From positions 12,926 through 76,925 of the IMG/VR virus record IMGVR_UViG_3300037502_003155: a stretch of DNA of 64,000 bases. The stretch is one strand, 5' to 3'. The position numbers and the translations under genes are program-made. Each line of letters starts with the position of its first letter. Position 1 is the first letter of the stretch. Positions 35,947 to 45,436 of this stretch are shown here, in pieces. A model generated the notes under the pieces. That model saw only the letters and a program-made list of their open reading frames with translations, had not been told where the DNA came from and ran no database searches. The stretch comes from a virus.

Positions 35947-36212
35947 GGCGTCACCGGGGCAAACTCTAGGCATTCTCTGACCTCCGGGTGCATGGCCGCA
36001 ATGGCGTCGTCTAGCGCCCCCATGCGCCCCTCTAGGGTTTCTCGCTGATCTACAACCCGGCATGGATTAATGCAGCCCTGCCGCCCCCGCTGTCGGGCAT
36101 AGTGGCAGCATCGGCTATTGAATTTTATCTCGCTCATCGGTGGGCCATGGCTCACAATAAAGCGCTGTTGGTTGGGGTCGTGAACAGCGGTGCAAAGCTC
36201 ACATCGTCGCAT
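35943..36212 (-). CDS. small Cys-rich protein
   Basis: CELC...CC...GCINPC. Confidence 0.55.
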   Translation of the reverse strand: MRRCELCTAVHDPNQQRFIVSHGPPMSEIKFNSRCCHYARQRGRQGCINPCRVVDQRETLEGRMGALDDAIAAMHPEVRECLEFAPVTP

Positions 36213-36536
36213 GGTGGTCCCCAGAATTTTGCCAAGGCTAGCACAGGGGTATTATCGCGGTGTAGTAAGGGATACAGAGGGTAATAAAAACCACCCTCAC
36301 TACATTAGTGAGGGTGGTTTGGTTTAGCTGTTGAACAGGATTTGGCAACCTTGTTCGCCGTATGAGCTACTTTTGACCCACTCCCTTCTCTGGGAACCCT
36401 AACCGTAATTTGGTACGCCGTGAAACCCTTGCTGAGTAAGGCTTTCAGCTTTTTAGGCAATTTTTTGGTACGCTGTGAATTTAGCAGACGGCGATAATAA
36501 TTCTCTGCATACAGTCCCACCTCGAAGCGTGATAAG

Positions 36537-36580
36537 AGCAGGGGAGCGTTCCCTCAGATCTGAGGGAACGCTCCCCTGCT
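36537..36580. repeat. perfect 44-bp palindrome
   Basis: agcaggggagcgttccctcaga|tctgagggaacgctcccctgct. Confidence 0.95.
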
Positions 36581-36712
36581 GAGCCTCAAACTCAGCTATT
36601 AAGTCTTGAGTCTTGACCGTTACAAGTCAAATAATTAGTGGCACACATTACTGGCACAACAAAAAGCCCGCCTATTCAGCGGGCTAAGGACTCATCATGG
36701 ATTGGCTCTAGT

Positions 36713-37012
36713 TTAGCCTGCCCACTGAGCTACGGCCTCAGGGTCAACCTTATAGCGTCCCTCGAACAGCGCCGGGTTCAGTTCCCAGGCTTGCTCTAGG
36801 CTGGCATAGCCCCCGTCCGGGCGATTCTCAATCAGCACCTTGGCCGCGCCCTGGCCAATGGTGGGGATGATCGCTACATCGCGAGCCACGTCGGAGCCGT
36901 TGATTAGGGTAAGGGCGGCGGGGATAGGTTCTAGGGATTCTTCTGGGGGTGTCTCAGGTTTTGCGGGGGCTTTGGCCAGGGCCATCTGCCACGCATTAGA
37001 TAGTCTAGACAT
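36713..37012 (-). CDS. helix-hairpin-helix protein
   Basis: LIN...AIIPTIGQGAAKVLIENRPDGGYASLE; late box upstream. Confidence 0.7.
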   Translation of the reverse strand: MSRLSNAWQMALAKAPAKPETPPEESLEPIPAALTLINGSDVARDVAIIPTIGQGAAKVLIENRPDGGYASLEQAWELNPALFEGRYKVDPEAVAQWAG

Positions 37013-37148
37013 GGGGTCACCGGGGTTGTTTCCCTTACCGTGGCATAGACACATTTTGGTGTAGATACCTTTGCGAAATCCACTAAAAAAACCCCGATCA
37101 CCGCAAGGGCAATCGGGGTAGCGTAGGGAGATAGGCGCGGAGGGAAAA

Positions 37149-37643
37149 CTATTCGTTGGCCATAGCTCGCTTACTGAGGGCTTGCAGGCGGCTATCAATG
37201 GCGTCCATCTGCTTTTTCAAGGCTTCGCGGATGGCAGGGCGTTTCTCCTGTTTCTCAGAGGTTTCGAGCCATACCCGATCTTCAGAGTCGCGGATGATGC
37301 TGAGGGCTGTCACATCGTCGTAATCGCTGGTGGTGCCGCTGGCTTCTTCGGGCTTTTCGGGGCTGATAAATTGCAGAACGCCCTGGTCTAGCAGTTTCTT
37401 GCCCTCGTCGGACGCCTTGATAATTTCCAGTTGCTCCCCCGTCAGGTTATGGTTAGGGCCACCGGGGGTAAGCCAGACGCTTTTTAGTTCGGGGTTAGCC
37501 TTACCCTTGGGGCTATTGTCGGCAAAGGCGACAAACCGCACGGGGCCAGTGATTCTCATGCCCCCGCAGACACGGGAGTAGCGGTCATTATTGAAAATCA
37601 CAGTATGAACAGCGGCGTCTTTGATGGGGGTAGCGGTGGGCAT
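37149..37643 (-). CDS. hypothetical late protein
   Basis: Late box upstream; downstream of the capsid gene. Confidence 0.65.
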   Translation of the reverse strand: MPTATPIKDAAVHTVIFNNDRYSRVCGGMRITGPVRFVAFADNSPKGKANPELKSVWLTPGGPNHNLTGEQLEIIKASDEGKKLLDQGVLQFISPEKPEEASGTTSDYDDVTALSIIRDSEDRVWLETSEKQEKRPAIREALKKQMDAIDSRLQALSKRAMANE

Positions 37644-37754
37644 AGAGGGTTGTCTTTTGAAGGGATACCACTATCATGCCCTGTCGTTTGAGGACAGGGC
37701 TGATTTTGCGGAAATCGCTAACTGAGTGTGTAGGGAGTGGTCATGGGTCGTTGC

Positions 37755-38327
37755 CTATCGGTAGAGGTTGGCCCGTGCTGAACTACGACCTTTTACAGCC
37801 CTAGTCTTTCTTACCTTGCCCCCTTCAATCTTGACCGTCTGCCGTTGCAATCGTTTCGGGGTGTTTGCACGACTTCCCCATAGTGCTTGCTGCTTTGCTT
37901 TCTTAGCCTCACGGGTAGCCTTCTGCTTTGCAATGGTTTCAGGGCTGCGTTGCCGCTTAGCCTTCTGCGGTGCAGGAGAGTTATCACCACCCTCAAACGG
38001 GTTAGCCATTTCCACTCCAAAGAACTCCTCCTCTTGAGGTGCGGGCTGTGGTCTTTGAGCCCTTCTTGCGGCCTGTTGCGCCATCGCATTCCGCTTACCT
38101 GTGGCCACTCGTGCCTTAGCCCCGGCATCACCCGCTTTCAGATCTGCGGCAAGCTGTCGCGATCCTTTAGCGCTACATTTCTTCCCTGGGGCAATAAACC
38201 CCCGACCGCAGGGCTTTCCTTGGCCCTTAGCATCGAGACGCATTCCATCGGCATAGCCCTGAACAAAGTCTTCGGGGGCATTGAGGGGCAGTCCATAATG
38301 CGCTGCCCACGCTTGTGTTGAATACAT
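37755..38327 (-). CDS. RxD/FVQGY-leader basic protein (putative capsid cargo)
   Basis: YGLPLNAPEDFVQGYADGMRLDAKGQGKPCGRGFIAPGKKC; directly after the major capsid gene. Confidence 0.7.
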   Translation of the reverse strand: MYSTQAWAAHYGLPLNAPEDFVQGYADGMRLDAKGQGKPCGRGFIAPGKKCSAKGSRQLAADLKAGDAGAKARVATGKRNAMAQQAARRAQRPQPAPQEEEFFGVEMANPFEGGDNSPAPQKAKRQRSPETIAKQKATREAKKAKQQALWGSRANTPKRLQRQTVKIEGGKVRKTRAVKGRSSARANLYR

Positions 38328-38399
38328 GGCAAAACCTCTTGAGTGCCAGAACGATAAACAGCGGCAGGCTCCCCACGGGGCAAGCCTACCGAACCCAAC

Positions 38400-39311
38400 C
38401 TAGACGTTGATCACCAGATGGACGCTGTAGGGGCGATACAGGCGAATCCCGGCATAGCGGAAGATGGCGGGCCGCTCATAACCCAGGCCACGACGTTGAA
38501 GATCCAGGAATTTGAAATCTTCGTAGACCATGGCTTTCAGCTTGCGACGGTCACGCTTCATCACCAGCATCACGTCTTCGCCGTCAGGCCCAGCCCCATC
38601 GCACTCAATCAGGGGTTCCACGTTCTTGATGTACGGAGAAGCCGCCAAAAACTGCTCCAGAATGGTGCGGTCGGTGTTGTCGGTGCGGTTGGTGGTGCTC
38701 ACGTAGTCGAACTGGGCCGTGGGCAAAAACAGCGTATCCGGCTGCTCTACCCGTTGGGTTAGGTTAACTACGGTCGTCACCGCATCGTTCATGGTGGCCA
38801 AGATTTGAGCCGGGGTAGCGGTGCTATTGAACCGGACGGGGCTGTAAGAGCGCAGTACGTCGGGATGATTCAGCAGTCCGGGCATCCGCAGTTCATCAGA
38901 ACCGACCGCCATCAGTCGGTTCATTTCCTGCATCGCCGCTTCACGAACAGCGGTGATTTCCTCAGCTTCTAGGGGGAAATCAGCGACTTGGGCGCTAGCA
39001 ATGTCGTCATCGCTGAAGTAGTACATCCCTGCCCATTTATGGATCTGCTGAGTAAACTCCTCAGACAGAACATTGATGGAAGGGATAGAGGTGCTGTAGG
39101 AACGAACCAAACCAAACTGACCCACGCGAGTCAGTTGGCGGTAGGTGCTGGTACGAAAACCGGGCTTATTTTGGATGTCTACGGGGCAAACCTTACCATC
39201 GGCAAAGCTCAATTCCGCAAACTGTACCCGTTGGGCCTCGGCTTCAATGTCCTCCAACTGGCGAAGAAACATCCCAGGAATGGCGTCATCTTTTCGGATT
39301 GAAATAGACAT
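38400..39311 (-). CDS. major capsid protein (DUF2184/encapsulin-like, HK97 fold)
   Basis: 303 aa; GLLNHP, EQPDTL, TDRTILEQF and AGIRLYRPYS motifs; position after the scaffold and decoration genes. Confidence 0.85.
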   Translation of the reverse strand: MSISIRKDDAIPGMFLRQLEDIEAEAQRVQFAELSFADGKVCPVDIQNKPGFRTSTYRQLTRVGQFGLVRSYSTSIPSINVLSEEFTQQIHKWAGMYYFSDDDIASAQVADFPLEAEEITAVREAAMQEMNRLMAVGSDELRMPGLLNHPDVLRSYSPVRFNSTATPAQILATMNDAVTTVVNLTQRVEQPDTLFLPTAQFDYVSTTNRTDNTDRTILEQFLAASPYIKNVEPLIECDGAGPDGEDVMLVMKRDRRKLKAMVYEDFKFLDLQRRGLGYERPAIFRYAGIRLYRPYSVHLVINV

Positions 39312-39367
39312 AATTTGTCTCCAGAACAGGGGAATAAAACGTGGTTACGCAGGGGCTAGGCCGAAAC

Positions 39368-40219
39368 CTAGTTCAAGAACAGCGCAACCTTCACGACAAA
39401 GCCCCCGTTCGGGTCGGCTGTCGCAGGTTCAACGATTTTCACACCCGTAGGTAGGGCGAGGTTGCTGGTGCTGGTGGCCGTCACAACGCCTAGGGTGGTG
39501 TTGCAATCGATGTAGGCCGTAGTGGTCGGCAGGATGCTGCCAGAATCACACTTCACCCACACCCCACCACCGGGGGCGGTGCGGTCGATGACGTCCATCA
39601 CATCGTTAGCGGCGTACTGGGCAGCCGCCGTATTGCCAACAGCGCCCCGCTCAATGGCATGGGTCGGGGCGATGGCCACCCCAGCCACCGTCACGTTGCT
39701 GGCAGTAGCAGGCAGTCGGGCTTCGTTGAACGAATCCACGGTGCCAGAGGTAGAGCGAACCACGAAACGCCCAAAAGGCACCGCAGTTGAACCCGATGCC
39801 GCCACCGTTTGAGTGAGGGTGAGGTCATTAGTCGTGGTGGCATTGGTCGGGCTAGTGACCGTGTAGCCCACGTTGGGTGTCAACGCCCGCAACGTGATGA
39901 CGTTGGACGCTTCACTGACGGCAAAGTATTGGCTAAGGTCGCTAGCCTGAATCGCCGCCAGAAGGCCCGCCGTTAGCTCGGCGCGGGTTGCACTGCCATC
40001 GGTGGTAAACGAAGCCACGATGGCCGCAGGGATAGCCCCACCGACGACCGAGATCGAGTAGGTGCCGCTATTGTCTACCGTGGCTGGGGTGGTGACCGTC
40101 CAAGTGTTCTGGGCATCCAGGGCAGAGTTAATCATGGCGCGTACGCCCATATCCCCTAGGCCATCGACTTGACCGGGGAACGCCTTAGCGCTGGTTTGGC
40201 TGTAGTTGGTTTGTGACAT
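39368..40219 (-). CDS. capsid decoration/cement protein
   Basis: MSQTNYS...AFPGQ start and VPFGRFVV; between the scaffold and MCP genes. Confidence 0.7.
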   Translation of the reverse strand: MSQTNYSQTSAKAFPGQVDGLGDMGVRAMINSALDAQNTWTVTTPATVDNSGTYSISVVGGAIPAAIVASFTTDGSATRAELTAGLLAAIQASDLSQYFAVSEASNVITLRALTPNVGYTVTSPTNATTTNDLTLTQTVAASGSTAVPFGRFVVRSTSGTVDSFNEARLPATASNVTVAGVAIAPTHAIERGAVGNTAAAQYAANDVMDVIDRTAPGGGVWVKCDSGSILPTTTAYIDCNTTLGVVTATSTSNLALPTGVKIVEPATADPNGGFVVKVALFLN

Positions 40220-40267
40220 GGCTGAAAAATCCTCAAAACAGGGAGCTAGTTAGCTGAAATCAAGCGC

Positions 40268-41830
40268 CTAGCGACGTTTGCCGTAGTTGTCTTTGTTGGC
40301 CGTCAACGGGGTAGCAAAATTGTTCATCCGCCGTTCCCGATCTGCCGCACCCGCATCCATGGCACGGCCACTGGTAGCGGTGCCCAGCACGAGGCTCAAC
40401 TCATCGGCATAGCCAGAGTCAGAACGACGGCTAGGGGCGCTGTGTTGGCCCATGGCGTCGTCAACAATGGCGTCGTAGAGGGCTTGGATGTAGGGATCGC
40501 TGGCATCGTCCCGGTACAGGTTGGGGCGCTTTTGCTCGACCACAAAGCGGCGAATGTCGGCAGCATCGTCGATGGCATCCATCCGCAGATCGGAGAAGTC
40601 AACGCCAATGGCCTCAGCTTCGCGAATAACTTTGACCATTTCGACAGCATCAGACCGGACAGAATCCTTCTTAGATTTCATGTCCTTTTTGGTCTTCTTA
40701 GACTTGGCGGGGGCGGGCATCTCGTCCTCGTCCTCGTCCATATACTCTTCGTCTTCGTAGTCTTCGTCCTCGTAGTCTTCCATATCATCCATGTCTTCGA
40801 CGTATTCCTCGTCTTCCTCCATGTCCTCTAGGAAGGCAGGCATCTTGCCTTTTTTCTTGCCCTTGCCATCTAGGCGCACATAGCTATCGCCACGCCATGC
40901 AATGTCGGCATCCTCTAGCAACGATTCGGCCTGGTCTAGGCGGTCACGCAGGGCTTCGATCATGCCGTCCTTGTACTGAACTTGCCCTTGAACATCGCCT
41001 AGGGCCGATTCGGCGCTATCAGCGCGATCCTCAGCCTCTTCTAGCTCAGCCTCAAGACTGTTGACGGCAGAGTCATTGCGGGCCAGTAGGGGAGAGATGG
41101 TGTTGAAAACATCTTGGGGCACCTGAACGGAGCCACCAGGAAGATTCAAAGTTGCCAAAGGCATATATCCGTTGGTACTCATGGTTTCCTCTTGGGTAAA
41201 CAGATTGGAGTATGGTGGCTCCTGTGCTTTAACCTGATAAGCCAGGTCGTTTTCTTCCAAATCAGCGCTATCAAAGCGACCTAACACCTTCACCGAGGGG
41301 CCTGCTCGACCCATCCGAGTAAGGGCAATGTGGTTTACCTTGATGTCTCGCTGAATGGCGTCGTAGCGTTCGCTTTGGCCTGTGGCAGGGTTAAACCACA
41401 CCCCAGAGGTTTCCTCGATTCGGCACTTATAGCCCGCGCTAATTTCGGAGGCATCCCCGCGATGCACCGCATCCTGGGCATCGCGGCTCATCACCGCAAT
41501 TTGCCCCGTTACAAAACCACCCTTCCCAGGCACAACGACGTACCGAGGGGTTTGCAACGAAATGCCCTTTCGCAGCCGATCACCGTTCGACTCATCGACT
41601 AACCCCGTGGGATGTTCGAGGGTTAGCGAGGCTAAGCCAAATTCGGCAATGGACTTTTGGTTCTCCTCAGGGGGCCGAAATTCGCGCCGTGTTTTGCCGC
41701 CCGGAGCTTTATACTCCAGTACCCCATCCCGGGCAAAGATGGCATCACACAACAAAATCCCGTCATCAGTACGATGCGGGTTCAGAACTTGGCCGCTATC
41801 AAATCGAATCGCCAAAGGAACACTAGCCAA
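40268..41830 (-). CDS. DUF2213 prohead protease/scaffold
   Basis: ARDGVLEY, LTLEHP, EISAGY and QRDIKVNHIAL..GRAG; coiled-coil and acidic C-terminus. Confidence 0.85.
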   Translation of the reverse strand: MASVPLAIRFDSGQVLNPHRTDDGILLCDAIFARDGVLEYKAPGGKTRREFRPPEENQKSIAEFGLASLTLEHPTGLVDESNGDRLRKGISLQTPRYVVVPGKGGFVTGQIAVMSRDAQDAVHRGDASEISAGYKCRIEETSGVWFNPATGQSERYDAIQRDIKVNHIALTRMGRAGPSVKVLGRFDSADLEENDLAYQVKAQEPPYSNLFTQEETMSTNGYMPLATLNLPGGSVQVPQDVFNTISPLLARNDSAVNSLEAELEEAEDRADSAESALGDVQGQVQYKDGMIEALRDRLDQAESLLEDADIAWRGDSYVRLDGKGKKKGKMPAFLEDMEEDEEYVEDMDDMEDYEDEDYEDEEYMDEDEDEMPAPAKSKKTKKDMKSKKDSVRSDAVEMVKVIREAEAIGVDFSDLRMDAIDDAADIRRFVVEQKRPNLYRDDASDPYIQALYDAIVDDAMGQHSAPSRRSDSGYADELSLVLGTATSGRAMDAGAADRERRMNNFATPLTANKDNYGKRR

Positions 41831-41902
41831 ACGCTATTAGCGCTACTTTGACAAAGGGCTTTCTAAATTGGATAAAATTAGCGAAATACGCAAAATCGGG
41901 AT

Positions 41903-42346
41903 ATGCCACTAACCCGCGAAGAAGAATTAGGGATTATCAGAAACAAGTTGGTGCGACTCGGAATCCTCACCGATACCGATACCGCCCACAACCTTGCACT
42001 CCTAGAAAGCCACCTGGTACGAGCATTGGCTGAGCACAATGAGAAGATCAACCCCTACGAACGGGTCGGCAAAATCCTGCGCCACCATCGGGAACAACGC
42101 CTACAGATGCCTCGACACATTGCGGTAGCGAGGGCAAACCGTATCCTCCATTCATTGGGAGACCAAGGCATCTGTCATCAATCTGCCCTCTGCCACATGG
42201 AGGCAGGCACCCAGCGGATCTACTACCTCCAAGCCTTGGCCCTCGCTGATGTCTACGGCATTCCCTACGACGGTCTACTCCCCCCAGGCTACGACCCTGA
42301 GCTAGGACTGACGGATTGGGACGACGCCGCACCAGACCTAGGCTAG
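41903..42346 (+). CDS. XRE-family HTH regulator (candidate late activator)
   Basis: VGKILRHHRE...QSALCHMEAG...LALADVYGI; a late box lies immediately upstream. Confidence 0.7.
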   Translation: MPLTREEELGIIRNKLVRLGILTDTDTAHNLALLESHLVRALAEHNEKINPYERVGKILRHHREQRLQMPRHIAVARANRILHSLGDQGICHQSALCHMEAGTQRIYYLQALALADVYGIPYDGLLPPGYDPELGLTDWDDAAPDLG

Positions 42347-42397
42347 GCAACACCACACGATGACACAGCCCCGACCAGGGGCTTTTCTTTTGCCTTG

Positions 42398-43045
42398 AGT
42401 CAGTCAGCACTGTCAGCACTGTCAGCAAAACCCTGACAGACCACCTTAACCCCGCAGTCCGTGGAAAACTCTTTGTGTACTGTATACAATCCCTCTATAT
42501 ATAGATATAGATAAATCTTCTAATAGATTTTTATTTATCTATCTCCATTGGTGGGGGTAGATTTAGGGGGATTTGTCAGTAAAAAAATAGTTTTGTCAGT
42601 GCCTAGTCAGTGAATTGTCAGTAAAGGTGTTTAAGAAAGAATCCTTATATATCAATGCTTTCAGGTTTTTGGTAGGGGATTTGTCAACAAGTCAGTGAAT
42701 TTTGAGGGTTAGCGCAGAAAACTATAGAGGCCACAAAAATACCCCCTGAGGAAAACCTAGGGGGTGATGGAGGTATCTAGTGCGTTTTTGAAATATACCC
42801 CTAGGTTTTTACTGACTTGCTGACTCGTCCTGCTCAAACCCTTGATATATAAGGATTCTTGGTACTGACTAGCCACTGACTAATCACTGACTAGTCACTG
42901 ACAAATCCCTTTTTTACTGACAAATCTCTTTTTGCTTTGAAGCGTGAAGCCCTTACAGTATAAGGTTTCTGGGCAACGATGGGGATAAAGTTTGATGCGT
43001 TTTAGCCAAGTCAGCGTTTTACTGACACATCTCCTGGCTGACTGG
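42398..43045. repeat. iteron-rich non-coding element, copy 3 (inverted)
   Basis: Begins with tgtgtactgtatacaat...tatagatatagataaat, the reverse complement of the end of copy 2. Confidence 0.8.
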
Positions 43046-43056
43046 CAGCGCCCTCG

Positions 43057-43488
43057 CTACCCTCGCAGGTAGTCCGCCATGATTTGCTCAATCTCGGCTC
43101 GGTCTTCATCGGATAGCCCGATGAACTCCCGCTTAACCTGCCCCTGGCCGTTCTGGTGGTAGGTCATGTAGGCCAGCGGCGTCCCCACTGACACGCTAAA
43201 CCGATTGGCCTGGTAGTTGATGGAGGCCCGACCCGTCCCGGTGTCCTGGAGAATCTTGTCAATGCGCCCCTTGGCTCGTTTGATGGCACGGGTTCGGGGG
43301 CTAATGTCTTCCCAGTGCACCCCCATGGGGTCTACTTCTTTCTCAAAGCGTTCATCGGTGCTGAGTAGTAGTGCTTCCCCGATCTCTCTCATGGGGGCTG
43401 AGAACCCCCGCAGACGCAACAATATGCCCACGATGTAGCGGCGTAGGTCTTTGTCTAGGTAGGAGATGGATAGGAGTGGTTTGGCCAT
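43057..43488 (-). CDS. phage virion morphogenesis protein (Mu gpG/P2 S-like)
   Basis: MREIGE...RFEKEVDP.G..W, KILQDTG, VGTPLAY..YHQ.G and REFIGLS. Confidence 0.85.
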   Translation of the reverse strand: MAKPLLSISYLDKDLRRYIVGILLRLRGFSAPMREIGEALLLSTDERFEKEVDPMGVHWEDISPRTRAIKRAKGRIDKILQDTGTGRASINYQANRFSVSVGTPLAYMTYHQNGQGQVKREFIGLSDEDRAEIEQIMADYLRG

Positions 43489-43617
43489 TAGGTGACGGCC
43501 CCCGATGGAATACCTGGATCATAGTCTTCGACCTGGCTATCCCCTACGCTCTCCGGTTGCCAGCCGTTGAGCATAAACAGGGCATAGTCAAGGTCTATAG
43601 CGGTGGTGCGCTCCACA

Positions 43618-45366
43618 TCAAAGGTATGGCCAAAGGCACCGGTAGCCTTGGAGGGAGGAGTCGGTGCGGTTGGGTTTCTTTTGTTGGCGCTTGAAATGCT
43701 GTAGTTGAGTAAATAGCGAGTTGCCCCAAAAGCTTCCTTCGCCGCCTAATATTTTGTCCGCCGCAGCAATTCGCGCCATCACCGTCCCCTTCCCTACCTG
43801 AAGGTTTGTGGCGATCTGCTGAGCGCTAAGACCTTGTGCTGTCAGTCCTAGTACGTCTTTGTTGAGAATGTCTTTGGCAAACTCTTTTAATTCGCCAACC
43901 TGCTTATCTGTAAAAGGAAAAGCATTCTCTTTCACCCTCGCCTTCTGCCCCTTAGCCTCTTTCACCGCCCGCTTAAGCTCAGCCCTAGCCTTAGACTTTT
44001 CAACGGTGCGATCCAAAGCGGCTCTAGGGGTTTGCCTAGCTTTCTCTGGGCTGCATTGCTTCCCCCTAGGAATCCAGCCATTTCCACACGCTACCCCTTG
44101 CCCCCGTTGGTCAAAGCGGTTGTGCATCACATCTAGGTAGCCTTGAAGGAAGGCATCAGCACGGGTATTCTTCGCTTCCTGGGCCTTCCATAGTTGATCC
44201 ATAATCCAGTTGTAAGGCCGTTCCCCGTTGGCGTCCTCTGTGCCAATGGTCTGCATTGTCTTAAGGGTCTTTCTTAACTCTGGATGCGAAGCCGCTAACA
44301 ACGTCCGTTCTCTGCGTTCAAGCTCATCCCTAGAATATCCGTCTGAGGCTTGGTCAAGTTCAGCTTCAGGATCCCATTTGGTGTATTTGTTGAACGCTTT
44401 GCGTGCATCAGGGTTAGCCGCAACTTGCTTTAAGTCGTCCCGTGCATCGTCATACCCTGCCAATTCCTTAGGAGAGTATTCAAACAACTCCATCACTTCA
44501 TCAAAGTCGCCTGAGTCAATGCCCTTCAACTGTTGAGCGAGATCCTTAGCCTTAGGAAAAGCTTCAACCTGGCTCAAGTCGCCGCTTTCTATGGCAACCC
44601 TCAGCACTTCTTTGGCCGCATAGGGGTCATCGCCAAATGCCGCATATTGATCGGCTAGCCGTAGCGCATTCTGGGTCTTAGCTAGGTCTTTCTTGACACT
44701 AGCAGCGGACGTTTCCGTTGCTAGCTCTAATACTTCCTCTGGCTCATCCAACTGCATCAGATCAGACAGAAATGCCTGGGTATCCTCAGTGGGGGTATAG
44801 GGGTAATCCCGCTCATCTGGTTCCTGCCCTGCCCCCGTTGATTCCCATTGCTCTAGGTCTTTTTCGTAGCGCTCATAGTTAGGATCGGCCAAGACCTTTT
44901 TAACGTCGGCTTTTGCTAGTGTCTCCCCAGGATTATTCACCCGGCACACATAGGCTTGGCTGATATGACTACCGCCACACTTTTGCCCCCGTGCTGCCTC
45001 CCCCTGGTCAAACCGCCATACCCCATGTTGGTTCAACGCTTCCAGGATAGTTTCAAACTCAATGACTCCCCCCTGCTGGTAGCGCTTGCGAATATCCCGC
45101 AGCAGTGCCGATAGCTCAGGGCGCATATCCGCCGATTCTTCCGCCGCCTCATGGAGGTGCCCTATCGCCAATAGCTTGTGCTCTGGGTAACCTGCCTCAG
45201 CTTCCCCCATTAGCACCAGGGCAGCGCCAAGGTGTTTCTCCACGCACTCCATGCAGGATGGCCGTACCGAGTCCATCCGCATCGTATCGGCATACCCCCA
45301 CACAAACTCCGGGGGCGTATCCAGTGGCAACCCATATCGGGACGCAAGCACAACAGTAGACGGCAT
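43618..45366 (-). CDS. multi-module RxD/GY-leader protein (putative cargo polyprotein)
   Basis: Leader motifs recur at the N-terminus, internally and at the C-terminus; the last module is HTH-like. Confidence 0.7.
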   Translation of the reverse strand: MPSTVVLASRYGLPLDTPPEFVWGYADTMRMDSVRPSCMECVEKHLGAALVLMGEAEAGYPEHKLLAIGHLHEAAEESADMRPELSALLRDIRKRYQQGGVIEFETILEALNQHGVWRFDQGEAARGQKCGGSHISQAYVCRVNNPGETLAKADVKKVLADPNYERYEKDLEQWESTGAGQEPDERDYPYTPTEDTQAFLSDLMQLDEPEEVLELATETSAASVKKDLAKTQNALRLADQYAAFGDDPYAAKEVLRVAIESGDLSQVEAFPKAKDLAQQLKGIDSGDFDEVMELFEYSPKELAGYDDARDDLKQVAANPDARKAFNKYTKWDPEAELDQASDGYSRDELERRERTLLAASHPELRKTLKTMQTIGTEDANGERPYNWIMDQLWKAQEAKNTRADAFLQGYLDVMHNRFDQRGQGVACGNGWIPRGKQCSPEKARQTPRAALDRTVEKSKARAELKRAVKEAKGQKARVKENAFPFTDKQVGELKEFAKDILNKDVLGLTAQGLSAQQIATNLQVGKGTVMARIAAADKILGGEGSFWGNSLFTQLQHFKRQQKKPNRTDSSLQGYRCLWPYL

Positions 45367-45436
45367 GGGACATTCCGCGAAACTGTCACCAGTCTGCCAA
45401 GGGTGCGGGGGCATGGCTTAGCGTTTGCGGAATGCG

